A DNA stretch of 64,000 bases. Source: Candidatus Bathyarchaeota archaeon (GTDB lineage: Archaea > Thermoproteota > Bathyarchaeia > Bathyarchaeales > Bathycorpusculaceae). The position numbers were made by a program, and so were the translations under genes. The stretch's first letter is position 1; every line of letters starts with the position of its first letter. A model generated the notes under the pieces. The model did not search any database. It worked only from the letters and a program-made list of their open reading frames with translations, and was not told the origin of the DNA. Shown here one piece after another: positions 9,654-20,634 of the stretch. The stretch lies in NCBI GenBank assembly GCA_963775465.1, contig CAVZIW010000003.1:64001-128000 (forward strand), read 5' to 3'.

Positions 9654-12070
9654 GCGTCAAAGAGAAAGCGCTGGTCTTATGGTTTGATAATTTAAGAAAT
9701 ACTGATGTATCCATTGTTGGCGGTAAAAATGCTAGCTTGGGTGAAATGATTAATGCGGGTCTACCTGTCCCTTTTGGTTTTGCAGTGACCGCTTATTCAT
9801 ATGAACGATTTATTTTAGAGAAAAAAATTGCTGAGCAGATTTACAGAATTATTAATGACACAGTAACGGATCCAAATGATCCCAAGCAGTACGACTCAGC
9901 GTCAAAGAAGATTCGTGAACTAATCGAAAAAACTCCGATGTCCAAAGACCTTGAAAAAGCTATCAGAGAAGCTTATGCTAAATTAAACAAGCGGTTCGGT
10001 TTAAAAGGAACTTTTGTTGCAGTAAGGTCAAGTGCGACAGCTGAAGACCTGCCGGATGCATCATTTGCCGGTCAACAAGAGACTTATCTAAACGTTAAAG
10101 GCTCAGACGACTTGCTTGATAAAGTAGTGAAATGCTGGTCAAGCCTTTTTACTCCACGTGCCATCTTTTATAGAAATGAAAAAGGTTTTCCACACGAGAA
10201 AGTTTTCATAAGTGTTGGCGTTCAAAAAATGGTTAACTCACGCGCAGCTGGGGTTATGTTCACGATAAACCCTGTTACAGGAAACCATGAGGAAATCGTT
10301 ATCGAAGGCAACTACGGTTTGGGTGAAACCGTGGTTTCAGGTGCTGTTAACCCAGATGATTTTGTGGTTGACAAAAACAATCTTCAAATTAAAGAGCGTC
10401 GAATTGCCCGCAAAACAATCAAATACATCCGCGATTCGAAAACAGGCAAAACGGTGCATTTAGAGATTCCTGAAGCTGAGCAAAAAGAAGTTTGCATAGA
10501 TGACAAAGAAATTACCGCTCTAGCAAAGCTTGCCAAGAAAATAGAAAAGCATTACGGCAAACCTATGGATATTGAGTGGGCAATTGACCAAGACCTATCT
10601 TTCCCCGAAAACATGATGTTAGTTCAGGCCCGACCAGAAACTGTTTTCGGATCAAAAACAACGGAAGAATCTAAAATGGAGGAAAACAAAGCTCAAGACC
10701 TTAAGGTAGTTGTTCGAGGGATCTCCGCTGGAAGACGAGGCTATGGAATAGGTAAAGCTAAAGTTGTTCTGAACCTTGATGATGCGAACCGTGATATGAG
10801 CAAAGGAGATATTCTCGTAACAGGAATGACTGATCCTGATTTCGTTCCATTCATGAAGATGGCAAGCGCTATAGTTACTGACAAGGGTGGAATTACCTCA
10901 CATGCAGCTATCGTAAGTCGAGAACTTAACATCCCCTGTGTGGTGGGCACCGAAAACGCTACTCAATTAATGAAAACAGGTCAAGAATACACTGTGGATT
11001 CCAGAAACGGCGTTATATATGAAGGTATAATGGCGCAGGCAGTTCAACCAACTTCATCGAATAACGGCAGCTTATCTATGCAAGTTGCTGAAGCTGCTCC
11101 AGTAACAGCCACAAAAATTTACATGAACCTTGGAACCCCCGAGATGATTGAGCAGTATAAGAATCTGCCTTTCGAGGGCATCGGTTTAATGCGTACCGAA
11201 TTCATCTTAGCCAGTGCTATAGGTCAACATCCAATGGCGTTTGTCGATGCAGGTCAAAGTCAACAATTCGTCGACAAACTCGCCGACGGCATAGCTACCG
11301 TAGCAAGGGCAATCCAGCCAAAACCCGTGGTTGTTCGTTTAAGCGACTTCAAAACTAATGAGTACCGCGGCTTAAAAGGCGGCGAAAAATACGAAATTAT
11401 AGAAGAAAATCCAATGTTGGGTTGGAGAGGATGCAGTCGCTACATAAGCAAATGGTACGACAAAGCATTTCGTTTGGAATGTCAAGCTATCAAGAAATGC
11501 CGCACTGAATGGTCGCTCAAAAACGTTTATGTCATGCTACCCATGGTACGAACGCTTTGGGAAGCCAAAGCTGTCCTTCAAATAATGAAAGAAGAAGGTT
11601 TAGAGCGCAACAGAGACTTTAAGGTTTGGTTCATGGCAGAAACGCCCTCAATAGGGATCATGGCTGATGAATTCAGCAAACTTGTCGACGGTTTTAGCAT
11701 CGGCTCAAATGACATGACCCAAGGAATTTTGATGATTGACCGCGACTCTGAACGCTTAGGGCAAATGGGGTACTTTGACGAACGCGACCCAGCAGTCAAA
11801 CGCATTATCGCACATCTGATAAAAGCTGCCCACGAAAACGGTTGTACTGTAAGCATCTGTGGTGAAGGTCCATCAAACCTTCCTGATTTTGCAGAATTCC
11901 TAGTTCGTGTTGGTATCGATAGCATCTCTGTCAACAATGACGCTGTGATACAAACAAGAAAACATGTTGCCAGTGTGGAGCAAAAGATAATTCTTGAACG
12001 TCTAGCCGAGCAAGCCGCAATAGCGAACGGTCAACCTCTCAAAAAGCCACCCCAAGATTGGGAATGGTAA
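9650..12070 (+). CDS. ppsA: phosphoenolpyruvate synthase
   Basis: GGKNASLGEM, VRSSATAEDL, GGITSHAAIVSRE and SIGSND motifs; TTG start overlapping the L10e stop. Confidence 0.96.
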   Translation: MSVKEKALVLWFDNLRNTDVSIVGGKNASLGEMINAGLPVPFGFAVTAYSYERFILEKKIAEQIYRIINDTVTDPNDPKQYDSASKKIRELIEKTPMSKDLEKAIREAYAKLNKRFGLKGTFVAVRSSATAEDLPDASFAGQQETYLNVKGSDDLLDKVVKCWSSLFTPRAIFYRNEKGFPHEKVFISVGVQKMVNSRAAGVMFTINPVTGNHEEIVIEGNYGLGETVVSGAVNPDDFVVDKNNLQIKERRIARKTIKYIRDSKTGKTVHLEIPEAEQKEVCIDDKEITALAKLAKKIEKHYGKPMDIEWAIDQDLSFPENMMLVQARPETVFGSKTTEESKMEENKAQDLKVVVRGISAGRRGYGIGKAKVVLNLDDANRDMSKGDILVTGMTDPDFVPFMKMASAIVTDKGGITSHAAIVSRELNIPCVVGTENATQLMKTGQEYTVDSRNGVIYEGIMAQAVQPTSSNNGSLSMQVAEAAPVTATKIYMNLGTPEMIEQYKNLPFEGIGLMRTEFILASAIGQHPMAFVDAGQSQQFVDKLADGIATVARAIQPKPVVVRLSDFKTNEYRGLKGGEKYEIIEENPMLGWRGCSRYISKWYDKAFRLECQAIKKCRTEWSLKNVYVMLPMVRTLWEAKAVLQIMKEEGLERNRDFKVWFMAETPSIGIMADEFSKLVDGFSIGSNDMTQGILMIDRDSERLGQMGYFDERDPAVKRIIAHLIKAAHENGCTVSICGEGPSNLPDFAEFLVRVGIDSISVNNDAVIQTRKHVASVEQKIILERLAEQAAIANGQPLKKPPQDWEW

Positions 12071-12138
12071 AACAACAAATTAACCGTCTAACCTATTAGT
12101 TTCTTTTCTTTTTATTGTTTTTAACCCGAGGGTAGATT

Positions 12139-13140
12139 ATGTTAGAGTTTGATTTTGAGGAAGAGCGAATCAAATATGAAATAACCAGGCTTGCTGCGAA
12201 ACGTGTTTTACTGCAACTTCCTCAGGGATTAAAACCTCAGGCTCCTAAGATAGCTGAAAAAATACAAGAAACTGGTGCTTTGCCCATAATTTCTGCTGAC
12301 CCATGTTATGGTGCATGTGACTTGGAAATAAGCGAAGCTGAAGGTTTATCAGTTGATTTGATTGTCCATTTTGGTCACGCACCGATGATCAAACACACTC
12401 GTGTTCCAACTTTATATGTCGAAGCCCGGGCAAACTTAGCTGTCGATTCCGCTATTTCGCAGGTTTTGCCGTTTTTATGCAATTATAATCGAGTTGGGTT
12501 AGCCACTTCAGTTCAACATATCCAAGACCTCGATAAGGCAAAACAAATTCTAAGTGACGCTGGAAAAACCGTAGTCATAGGCGATGAGGGTTTAATGGAG
12601 TATGCTGGACAAGTTAGTGGCTGCAACTACAGCAACGTAAAAACCATCGCTGACAAAGTTGATGTCTTTATTTTTCTAGGTGGCGGGTTGTTTCATGCTT
12701 TGGGGATCGCTTTGAATACTTCCAAACCCACAGTAGTAGCCGACCCATATGATAATAGAGCTTACCTGATTGACGACGAAGTTCACAAGATCCTCAAACA
12801 ACGTTTCGCCAGTATTCAAGAAGCAAAAAGCGCCAAAGCTTTCGGGGTACTAATTGGAATTAAGGTAGGGCAAAAACATTTTGATGCTGCTTTGAGGGTT
12901 AGAGAGATGGCAGATAAACATTCATTTGCGGCTTTCTTGCTTGCAGGGCGGGAGATTACTCCTGAAACGCTCTTAGAGTTTCCAACTCTTGATGCATACG
13001 TAAACACTGCGTGTCCGCGAATTTCGTTGGATGCTCCTGGAAAATTTCAAAAGCCGATTTTGACAGTTAACGAGTTTTTGGTTGTTTGCGGCGAGGTTTC
13101 ATGGGAGAGTTTGCTCAAAAAAGGCTTATTCGAAAACTAG
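12139..13140 (+). CDS. dph2: diphthamide biosynthesis enzyme Dph2
   Basis: CYGACD, GQVSGC and TACPRI Fe-S cysteines. Confidence 0.94.
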   Translation: MLEFDFEEERIKYEITRLAAKRVLLQLPQGLKPQAPKIAEKIQETGALPIISADPCYGACDLEISEAEGLSVDLIVHFGHAPMIKHTRVPTLYVEARANLAVDSAISQVLPFLCNYNRVGLATSVQHIQDLDKAKQILSDAGKTVVIGDEGLMEYAGQVSGCNYSNVKTIADKVDVFIFLGGGLFHALGIALNTSKPTVVADPYDNRAYLIDDEVHKILKQRFASIQEAKSAKAFGVLIGIKVGQKHFDAALRVREMADKHSFAAFLLAGREITPETLLEFPTLDAYVNTACPRISLDAPGKFQKPILTVNEFLVVCGEVSWESLLKKGLFEN

Positions 13141-13802
13141 ATTTGGAACGGTTTCTTTCTAAGGTTGTGCCTCAGCCTTCGCCGAAGGTTGAGCTTGAGC
13201 AGTACACAATCTCAGAACATATTGCAGCTAATATGCTCTATATTGCTGCTTACTCAAACGGCGATATTTTGGACAAAAAAGTGCTGGATTTGGGTTGCGG
13301 CACAGGAAGGTTTGCTTTGGGTGCTGCTTTTTTGGGCGCAGGAGAAGTTGTGGGAATTGACATCGATAGGTCCGCTGTAGAGACAGCTTCTAAAAACTCA
13401 AAGGCCTCTAATTTAAAGAGTAAAGTCCAGTGGGTTCTTGGTGATATTAGTTCAATTACGGGTAAATTCGATACTGTACTGCAAAATCCCCCTTTCGGGG
13501 TTCAAAGACGTGAAGCTGATCGTCCCTTCTTAGTGAAGGCTCTAGAAGTTGGTTCTTCAGTGTATTCCCTCCATAGTCATCCTGAAGTTGATGATCGGTT
13601 AATCAAGCGGCTAAAATCCAGTGAAGGTTTTCTATCTCTGCAAGCGGCTCCTTTTCTTGAGCGACTTGTTGAAAAGAATAATGGCTATGTTGAATCGGTG
13701 TACGCTATGTTGATGACTATTCCACGACTGTTCGACTTTCATAAGAAGATAAAACATGACTTTGTCGTCGACTTATATGTCATAAAAAAGAAGCATCATT
13801 AA
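13101..13802 (+). CDS. METTL5-family N6-adenine RNA methyltransferase
   Basis: LEQY, DLGCGTG, NPPFG and FDFHKK motifs. Confidence 0.9.
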   Translation: MGEFAQKRLIRKLDLERFLSKVVPQPSPKVELEQYTISEHIAANMLYIAAYSNGDILDKKVLDLGCGTGRFALGAAFLGAGEVVGIDIDRSAVETASKNSKASNLKSKVQWVLGDISSITGKFDTVLQNPPFGVQRREADRPFLVKALEVGSSVYSLHSHPEVDDRLIKRLKSSEGFLSLQAAPFLERLVEKNNGYVESVYAMLMTIPRLFDFHKKIKHDFVVDLYVIKKKHH

Positions 13803-13924
13803 CCTTTTTTTTGTTTGATGGTGAGCTAGCTGTTTTTTGTTTATTTATCAAAAGGTTTATTGCGAGGGTTGGAAGATAAGGATATGCGCTTATTAAAATT
13901 AGGCTAATTTACAAGGGAATTAGT

Positions 13925-14506
13925 ATGTCATTGAAACCTGTGGAACAAAAAAGCGGTCACTTAGTACTTCCTGGAGAACGTTTAGGTGTTATTGAAGAGT
14001 TCAGTCCTGACTCAGGAACATACGTTAAAGACGGAATTATATACTCCGAGATTGTCGGGCGCTCACTAGTGGACCTACAAAACAGACGCGTATCGGTCTA
14101 CCCCGTGGTTGAAGGCGTAATTGTACCCAAAGTAGGCTCAATAGTGCTTGGGCAAATCGGCAATGCGCAATCCGATAACGTTTTGGTTAAAATTTTTATG
14201 GTTGGGCGAAAAAAAATCAGCGGCACCTTCGGCGGTGTTTTACATGTTTCTGACGTCTCTGACAGGTACGTTGATTCAATGAGTGATGTTTGCAAGCCAG
14301 GTGACATCGTCAGAGCCAAAGTTATCAGCGCAAAAAATCAGGCTTTCCATTTGTCTACCAATGATAAGAGCTTAGGCATTTTGCATGCTTTCTGTTCAAG
14401 GGATAGCACTCTACTTGAGCAGCAGCATTATGATCTTAAATGCCCCAAATGTGGTAATATTGAAAGACGTAAACTAGCTCCAGATTATGGGAAAGAACCA
14501 TTATAG
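13925..14506 (+). CDS. csl4: exosome RNA-binding subunit Csl4
   Basis: VLPGERLG, S1 domain, C-terminal zinc ribbon CPKCGNIERRK. Confidence 0.93.
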   Translation: MSLKPVEQKSGHLVLPGERLGVIEEFSPDSGTYVKDGIIYSEIVGRSLVDLQNRRVSVYPVVEGVIVPKVGSIVLGQIGNAQSDNVLVKIFMVGRKKISGTFGGVLHVSDVSDRYVDSMSDVCKPGDIVRAKVISAKNQAFHLSTNDKSLGILHAFCSRDSTLLEQQHYDLKCPKCGNIERRKLAPDYGKEPL

Positions 14507-14519
14507 AGAGGGAAGTAAA

Positions 14520-14801
14520 ATAAAAGTTAAAGTGTTAAAGAAATCAGAAAATGAGCTAAAGATCGAAATCCAGGGATCAAGCCACGGACTTTGCAATCTA
14601 CTTCAGAAAAGACTACTTGAAGACAAACGAGTTGACTTTGCTGGTTATGATGTGCCGCATCCTTTGGCGTCAAGCCCAATTATCTATCTTCGGATGAAGG
14701 GTGCCAACAAGCCAGAAGATGCATTGATTGAAGCCGTCGAAAAAGTAAAAGAAACCAATAGCGCGTTCGGTAAAGAACTTGAACGTGCAATGAAGGCTTA
14801 A
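14520..14801 (+). CDS. rpo11: RNA polymerase subunit Rpo11 (RpoL)
   Basis: HGLCNLL and AGYDVPHPL motifs; start uncertain (ATA 14520 after GAGGG, ATG 14487, or GTG 14532). Confidence 0.92.
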   Translation: MKVKVLKKSENELKIEIQGSSHGLCNLLQKRLLEDKRVDFAGYDVPHPLASSPIIYLRMKGANKPEDALIEAVEKVKETNSAFGKELERAMKA

Positions 14802-14892
14802 TGCCTTTTAGTTTTTGTTTAATTGTTAACGTTTATTTAAATTATAGAGTGGTTTTAAATTAGAAACTCTGTATTATAGTTAGGTTAGGGTT

Positions 14893-15504
14893 TTGACTAC
14901 CAACTCTAGACTTTTCCGTGTGATAAAACCAGAAATTCGGATTCTTGGAATTGACGATGGAAAATTTATGCCCCATACCAATGGAACTGTAATTGTTGTA
15001 GGTGTAGTTTTTCGTGGCGGTTTGTGGCTTGAGGGGGTAATGCATACTACCGTAGACATAGATGGCTCAAATGCGACTGAGCAGTTGGCTAAAATGATTA
15101 GCAATTCCCCTCATTGTCGGCAGCTGCGTTTGGTTATGCTCAATGGAATAACTCTAGGGGGCTTCAATTTAGTAAACATTAAGGTGCTTCATTTAGCAAC
15201 TTCCCTTCCTATTTTGGCGTTAACTCGGGACAAACCCAACTTGGACGCAATTCGCAGTGCATTGACGCATTTACCCAAAAGTGATGAGCGGTGGGGAATC
15301 GTTGAAGCGGCAGGGGAAATTTATGAAATCACCAACAAAGGTGTCCATCTTTACATGGAAACAGCGGGAATTTCCTTAGAGGATGCAAAAAAGATTGTTG
15401 AATTGGCATCTACAAGGAGCAGTTTTCCGGAGCCGCTTCGGGTTGCCCATTTAGTTGCGTCTGGAGTTTCCAATATAGATGAGTTTAACTTGGACAAAGT
15501 TTAA
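14893..15504 (+). CDS. DUF99 family (endonuclease V-like) protein
   Basis: ILGIDDG, GITLGGFN and PEPLRVAH motifs. Confidence 0.88.
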   Translation: MTTNSRLFRVIKPEIRILGIDDGKFMPHTNGTVIVVGVVFRGGLWLEGVMHTTVDIDGSNATEQLAKMISNSPHCRQLRLVMLNGITLGGFNLVNIKVLHLATSLPILALTRDKPNLDAIRSALTHLPKSDERWGIVEAAGEIYEITNKGVHLYMETAGISLEDAKKIVELASTRSSFPEPLRVAHLVASGVSNIDEFNLDKV

Positions 15505-15557
15505 AAGCTACTGCGCTATGGATTCCCAAAACGGAACAATATTTGGAGTCACTAAAC

Positions 15558-15911
15558 ATGGAATTTTGCCCTAGATGCGGTTCCCGTCTTGAGCCCAAGA
15601 AATCAAAAAGTGGAAAAGAAGCAACGCTGATTTTAGCTTGCCCTAAATGTGGTTATAAGAAGACAGATGGCGACAAGGTCGAGCCCAAAGTTGCCCAAAA
15701 AGTTATTCAGCATAGTCCCCAGCAGTTTGTAGCAGTAATCGGTAAAGAAGAGCAGAAGCTTAGCACTCTTCCAACTGTTCGAATTGAATGCCCAAGATGC
15801 GGTAACAATAATGCATATGTTTGGCAAGTTCAAACCCGAGGGGCAGATGAGTCTTCAACTCAGTTTTTGCGTTGCACAAAATGCAGCTACACATTCCGAG
15901 AATACAGCTAA
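15558..15911 (+). CDS. tfs: transcription factor S (TFS/RpoM)
   Basis: two zinc ribbons and the QTRGADE acidic hairpin. Confidence 0.95.
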   Translation: MEFCPRCGSRLEPKKSKSGKEATLILACPKCGYKKTDGDKVEPKVAQKVIQHSPQQFVAVIGKEEQKLSTLPTVRIECPRCGNNNAYVWQVQTRGADESSTQFLRCTKCSYTFREYS

Positions 15912-15957
15912 CGCTCACTTTTTTCTTTAGCTTTGATGTTGCACATTCTTTTTAAAA

Positions 15958-17025
15958 TTGAATCCACACTTCTATAGTGTGCACCTCTTGAACCCACTGT
16001 ATTTGCTGAGAAATAGAGTCTCTTGGCATGCTCTTATCAAAATTTTGCCGCTAGCTGCTTTTGTTGCTCCGATAGTTTTGTTATTTGTTCTAAACCCTGT
16101 TGATCCGTTTTTGAAACTGTCGGCGCAGGATTCTTTCCAGTTAATGTGGAAAGGTAGAACTTTCCAGTTGTTCTTTGTTTGGCTGCTATCTTTAGAGTTA
16201 ATTCTTAGTTGGGAAACTATTAAGCTAAGAATTAGCAAACACAACAAAGCAGTAGTTTTCTTCTATGTAATTGGTCTTTTGCTTCCTTCTCTTTATGTAA
16301 TTGGAGAGAACTATTTTGGTTTCAATAACGTAATCGCGAATTGGGCATCTCAAAGCGGGGTTGTTTTTTTTGAATCTATGCCTCTTGCGGTTGAATATCT
16401 TGTTTTTGCGTTTTTCTTCTGTTTTTTGACTTTTGCAATTTTTGGGCGAAAGGGTTTGAAGATTTTTGCTTTACCCGCTTTGTTTGTTAGTTTAGTTGGT
16501 GCCTTGTATACTGTCGATAATGTATTTCCTTACGGGCAGTTTACGCCGTTTCAGCTTCTAGTTCCAACCACTGCATTGTTAGCTTCCAGCGTGTTAGGCA
16601 TCATTGGTTATAATACGGTTTTTGGTACCGAAAATGGTATGCCCACCTTGCAGGCTTCCGGGTCTTTAGGTACGGCAAAGTTTGCAATAGCTTGGCCTTG
16701 TGCCGGGGTTGAAAGTCTTTTAATTTTTACAGCTGTGACTTTGCTATTTCTTAAGCGCTTGCCCGTTTCATGGAAAACTAAACTGGGTTTATTTGCGTTT
16801 GGGGCAGCCATTACCTATCTAATAAATGTTTTACGAATAGCAACAATCTTTACAATCGGAATGCAATTTGGTGCTTCCTCTAATCAAGTTCAAATGTTTC
16901 ACTTCTACTATGGACCCCTCTATACAATGGCGTGGATTGTGTCATACCCTTTGATTTTGCTGGGAACTCATAGGTTATGGACGAGAACTAGGACACCTCA
17001 ATCAACACCGCTAACCCCTGTTTAA
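15958..17025 (+). CDS. exosortase/archaeosortase family protein (thaumarchaeosortase-like)
   Basis: multi-TM protein with AWPCAG (Cys), NVLRI (Arg) and FHFYYG (His); start uncertain. Confidence 0.8.
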   Translation: MNPHFYSVHLLNPLYLLRNRVSWHALIKILPLAAFVAPIVLLFVLNPVDPFLKLSAQDSFQLMWKGRTFQLFFVWLLSLELILSWETIKLRISKHNKAVVFFYVIGLLLPSLYVIGENYFGFNNVIANWASQSGVVFFESMPLAVEYLVFAFFFCFLTFAIFGRKGLKIFALPALFVSLVGALYTVDNVFPYGQFTPFQLLVPTTALLASSVLGIIGYNTVFGTENGMPTLQASGSLGTAKFAIAWPCAGVESLLIFTAVTLLFLKRLPVSWKTKLGLFAFGAAITYLINVLRIATIFTIGMQFGASSNQVQMFHFYYGPLYTMAWIVSYPLILLGTHRLWTRTRTPQSTPLTPV

Positions 17026-17581
17026 CCAGAATCTGTGCGTTAAGTGTTGGCAACGAAGCAACATCTTCAGCGTTAAATGGACCATAAGATTTCATGTCTG
17101 CTCCCATAATAGCGGGAATGTTTTTTGTGAAGCGAATAGTCAAACGTTTTCGAGCTGGGATAGTTTGGGTTGCAGTTAGTTTGGTATCTGATTCTATTGT
17201 AACTTTGATTGGTGACGGTGGTGCTAGTTGTCCTTGCTTTAAGTCTTCTTTGAATTTTTGGTATTCCGCTGAAAAAGTTGCAAACGTCTCAGCCATCTTG
17301 CCTTCTTCGACCGTTAACAATTCAAGGGGAATCTTTTGATTTTTAGTGACAATTTTTATGATTTTTTTGTACCTTAACTCTAATAATTCTGCAAGCATCA
17401 ACTCAACGTTTTGGGCTTCATGCTCAAGCAGATTTAGTTTTATAGTTTTTTGGTCGAGTTCGTTATCTTCTTTGATGCATCGCATATACTCTGCGATTTT
17501 GCCATAGAAGTCAGGTGGTAACCCTCCTATTGAGGCATCTTCAATTTCTCTTCGCCAAGCCGCAAAAAGCTGATCGTACAC
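16988..17581 (-). CDS. GINS complex subunit Gins15/51
   Basis: LPPDFY A-domain and C-terminal B-domain GADMKSYGPF...NAQILVKQG; directly downstream of priS. Confidence 0.85.
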   Translation of the reverse strand: MYDQLFAAWRREIEDASIGGLPPDFYGKIAEYMRCIKEDNELDQKTIKLNLLEHEAQNVELMLAELLELRYKKIIKIVTKNQKIPLELLTVEEGKMAETFATFSAEYQKFKEDLKQGQLAPPSPIKVTIESDTKLTATQTIPARKRLTIRFTKNIPAIMGADMKSYGPFNAEDVASLPTLNAQILVKQGLAVLIEVS

Positions 17582-18807
17582 TATTGCGCCACCTCTGCTC
17601 TTCTTTTGCAAATTAACATTACTGCCGCGGCAACGGGTAACGTAACTGTTTGGTTCTTATATGGACCCATTGTTTTTCCATCCAACCTAAACTCTGGTGC
17701 ATCAGAGATCAACACTTTGATCTCGCCCTTTTTAAAAGCTACCGCTTCAGTGAAAGGGTCGAAATCCTGCAGTTTCTTGGCTGGAAACTCGAGTTTCTTT
17801 AGTCCAGTTTTGCCGTGCAGGGTTCCGTTCATGCGAATTAAGCGGTGAATATCGGTGGTAACTACGGTGTCGATTTTTGAACTTTGTTTTTCCTTAATGC
17901 ATTCTGCAAGTTTTAGCCATGTTGCCACACTGACACCGTTGATGCTTTCCCATTTTCCCTCCTGTATAGCTCGTTTAATGATTGTGTCCTTATTTTCTAG
18001 AAGGGCTTTATTATTTATTCCAACAGCTTTCAGGTCGTGCATGTTTGCATTTAATAGAAGATCCTGCATCCCTATCTTTATTCGCCTGTTCCAGCCAAAA
18101 TTGTGGAGATTAAACTTTTTTGCTCCGCTACGGCGTTTGCGCTTTTTTTTGTTCTCTTTGTCTAAGATTGCTAACCCTAGTCCAGTTACGTAATCAACGA
18201 TTTCTTTACGTGCCATTGCATCCAGCGATCGTACTGTTTCGTTTTCAATATGTACGTGGTAGCCACGATGCCCAGAAAAAAACACGCGCAATTCATTTTG
18301 AGAAAAGCCAAAGTCGTTTTCCAGTATGTCCAGAAGTTTTTCAGCTTCTTCACGAGCGGATTGTATGCATAGGTCACATGCCCAAATTTTGTTATCAAAT
18401 TTTGATGCTTCGCAACATGGACAAGTTTCGGGTGTGATTCCGCGCCCACTAAAGCCGCATTTGACACATCTGAATTCATCGTGAATTTTGTTGCATGAGG
18501 TAGGAATGTGGTCAGCGTCTATGTCAAAGACAAGGTCTGAGCCGAGCCAACCTTTTTTGTCCATGTCGTAGTCTGGATTCTTATAATAGGCACATGAATG
18601 GTAAACATCTGATGGTACGGTCTCTGCAAGCACAGCCCTAAGGTCGGTTATAGTGTTGAAACGTCTATGTCTAACCATGAAGCGCTCTTTGAACATTAGG
18701 TAGCCGAATTCCCGTTGCTCAGTGTTTGGCGGTGATGGAACCTTTGCGGCGGGATCTTTATAATATTCAGAAAATTTTTGGTAAACCCATTCCCTAGAAG
18801 TTTCCAT
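17581..18807 (-). CDS. priS: DNA primase catalytic subunit PriS
   Basis: REFG, DLVFDIDAD, SGHRGYH and IDTVVT.DIHRLIR motifs; zinc insert. Confidence 0.95.
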   Translation of the reverse strand: METSREWVYQKFSEYYKDPAAKVPSPPNTEQREFGYLMFKERFMVRHRRFNTITDLRAVLAETVPSDVYHSCAYYKNPDYDMDKKGWLGSDLVFDIDADHIPTSCNKIHDEFRCVKCGFSGRGITPETCPCCEASKFDNKIWACDLCIQSAREEAEKLLDILENDFGFSQNELRVFFSGHRGYHVHIENETVRSLDAMARKEIVDYVTGLGLAILDKENKKKRKRRSGAKKFNLHNFGWNRRIKIGMQDLLLNANMHDLKAVGINNKALLENKDTIIKRAIQEGKWESINGVSVATWLKLAECIKEKQSSKIDTVVTTDIHRLIRMNGTLHGKTGLKKLEFPAKKLQDFDPFTEAVAFKKGEIKVLISDAPEFRLDGKTMGPYKNQTVTLPVAAAVMLICKRRAEVAQ

Positions 18808-18883
18808 GATCCCTTGCCCCGTTTTGATGTGATAGTATTGTTCCACCTCAAATTTAACTATATATAGACAAAAAAACTAATTG

Positions 18884-20554
18884 TTAGATTCTAAGTAAAA
18901 CCCTAAAAGTATCCCAAATCTTCAGAGGGTCAAAGGCGGCGCTGCCAAATGAAAGTGTTGCCACCATGAAGATTAACCAAATAATTGTTGCTTCAGTTTC
19001 TTTTCGGCGTTGAGGAATCAAAATATATACGAAAATGAACGGGAAATACCAATTTTGAAAGTATGGTAATGTGAAACTGGGTAGCAAGAGAAGAAGCGCT
19101 GAAAGCGAAAGTATGTTGTTCTTGTTTAGCATGTAAAAAGTATAGACTATTGTTGCGCTCAGGGTGAGAATGACTGAGAATGCTTGCAGGTTCCATGAGA
19201 TTTGAGCGTGAGGCGAGAAGGCGTTGATGCCGTTCATTATGAATTCTGGTTTAGTTTGGGTAAGGTACGGCAAGCTTGAATAGGCAGTTGCTCCACTGAT
19301 GGCTATCAACAAAGCGCTAAAGGCAAGTCCCCTGTTTCCCTGCAAACTTTTGAATCGATTTTTCCCCAAAATTTTTAACATGCCAAAAATGATCAGGGGT
19401 AAGAAGAAGATGCCTGCTGAATATTTGAAAAAGATTGAAACCGATGTAAGTAAAAAGAACTTGTCGTAACGTTCAATTACGAACATTATTATTGCAAAAA
19501 GTGAAAAAAGGAACGCGACTGAATCAAACATGCCGTTTGCTGCGTAAACTACCAAAACATCGTAAATTATATAGACGCCGATTAACTTCAAGAACAAATT
19601 CATATCTTTCTTCAAGAAAACTTTCAAGAATAAGTAGAGGCAAACGTGGGCAACAACAAGAAAGAGTCCAATTTCCAGTTTGTAAATCAATGTGGCGTCG
19701 AAACCGTTTTTCAACAAAGTGCCGAAAGGCAAAAACAAAAAGATGCTTCCTAAAGGATATAGGTGTGGCATTTCTGGCCAAGTTACAAACATAAAGTGCG
19801 AATTGTCAAGGCTTGAAAGAGTTCCTAAGGGTTGACTGAAAACTGAAAAGCCGTTTTTAATGAATAAGTTTGAAACATATGTGTGTCTTGCATGGTCGGT
19901 GTACCAGTTCTCAAGGGTTGCCAGCGGATTTGAGTTTATTGCCAAGAGTAAAAGCCATAAAGCCAGCGAGGCTAACACAAATGCTAAGAGCCGTCGGTTA
20001 AATTGGTTTAATTGTATTGAAAAATGATCTTTTTTAATTGGGTTGGTTTGTTTGAAAAGTTCAACTTTAAGGAATGCGAGTACTGCCAAGGTTAGGCCCA
20101 TTAAGAACGATATTTTCGCTGGTGTAGTTAGCCACGAATAAGGCGAGTTAAGTAGTGTTTTTTGGACTGAGACTTTAAAGTTAACCCAGCTTGCGTTTGG
20201 TGAGTTTGAGTAGAAGGTAGCCTCATAATAGACTGTGTTTGCAGTAAAAGTATGTAAAATGTTCTGTTTTGAAGAGTTGACGTATATGGGGCCGTTATAG
20301 GTTATTATTGAAACTTTTTTCATAAATGTGGTTGGGCATTGTACAGTAAGAGTTATGTTTTCTCCTCCGTGGAAAGCGCCCAGGCCTTGTCTGTAAATCT
20401 CGTTCTGACGTAGTCTAAAAGAATTGTCAATTATGCTTTTTGACTGAATGCCGTCGGTTGAGTTGGAATATAAACTTGTAAGCGACAGGCTGATGCTTAG
20501 CACTAGCAGAATTATGGCTGATAGTAAGAGAATTTTGTATGAGCCAAACTTCAT
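18884..20554 (-). CDS. polytopic membrane protein, putative GT-C (GT87/PIG-M-like) glycosyltransferase
   Basis: many TM helices, extracytoplasmic loop WYTDHARH...HLYPLG, GMFD and FKY motifs; follows a Dpm1-like gene. Confidence 0.55.
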   Translation of the reverse strand: MKFGSYKILLLSAIILLVLSISLSLTSLYSNSTDGIQSKSIIDNSFRLRQNEIYRQGLGAFHGGENITLTVQCPTTFMKKVSIITYNGPIYVNSSKQNILHTFTANTVYYEATFYSNSPNASWVNFKVSVQKTLLNSPYSWLTTPAKISFLMGLTLAVLAFLKVELFKQTNPIKKDHFSIQLNQFNRRLLAFVLASLALWLLLLAINSNPLATLENWYTDHARHTYVSNLFIKNGFSVFSQPLGTLSSLDNSHFMFVTWPEMPHLYPLGSIFLFLPFGTLLKNGFDATLIYKLEIGLFLVVAHVCLYLFLKVFLKKDMNLFLKLIGVYIIYDVLVVYAANGMFDSVAFLFSLFAIIMFVIERYDKFFLLTSVSIFFKYSAGIFFLPLIIFGMLKILGKNRFKSLQGNRGLAFSALLIAISGATAYSSLPYLTQTKPEFIMNGINAFSPHAQISWNLQAFSVILTLSATIVYTFYMLNKNNILSLSALLLLLPSFTLPYFQNWYFPFIFVYILIPQRRKETEATIIWLIFMVATLSFGSAAFDPLKIWDTFRVLLRI

Positions 20555-20634
20555 TTTTTTGATTTCTCGTTGCGAAAAATAGCACTTAGGACCTATTTAA
20601 TTCTGCTACAGCAGTCAAATACAACTTGGTATCT

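Noticed and set aside
17581-17710. GINS B-domain-like C-terminus of PriS
   Set aside because: Already a described feature of archaeal PriS
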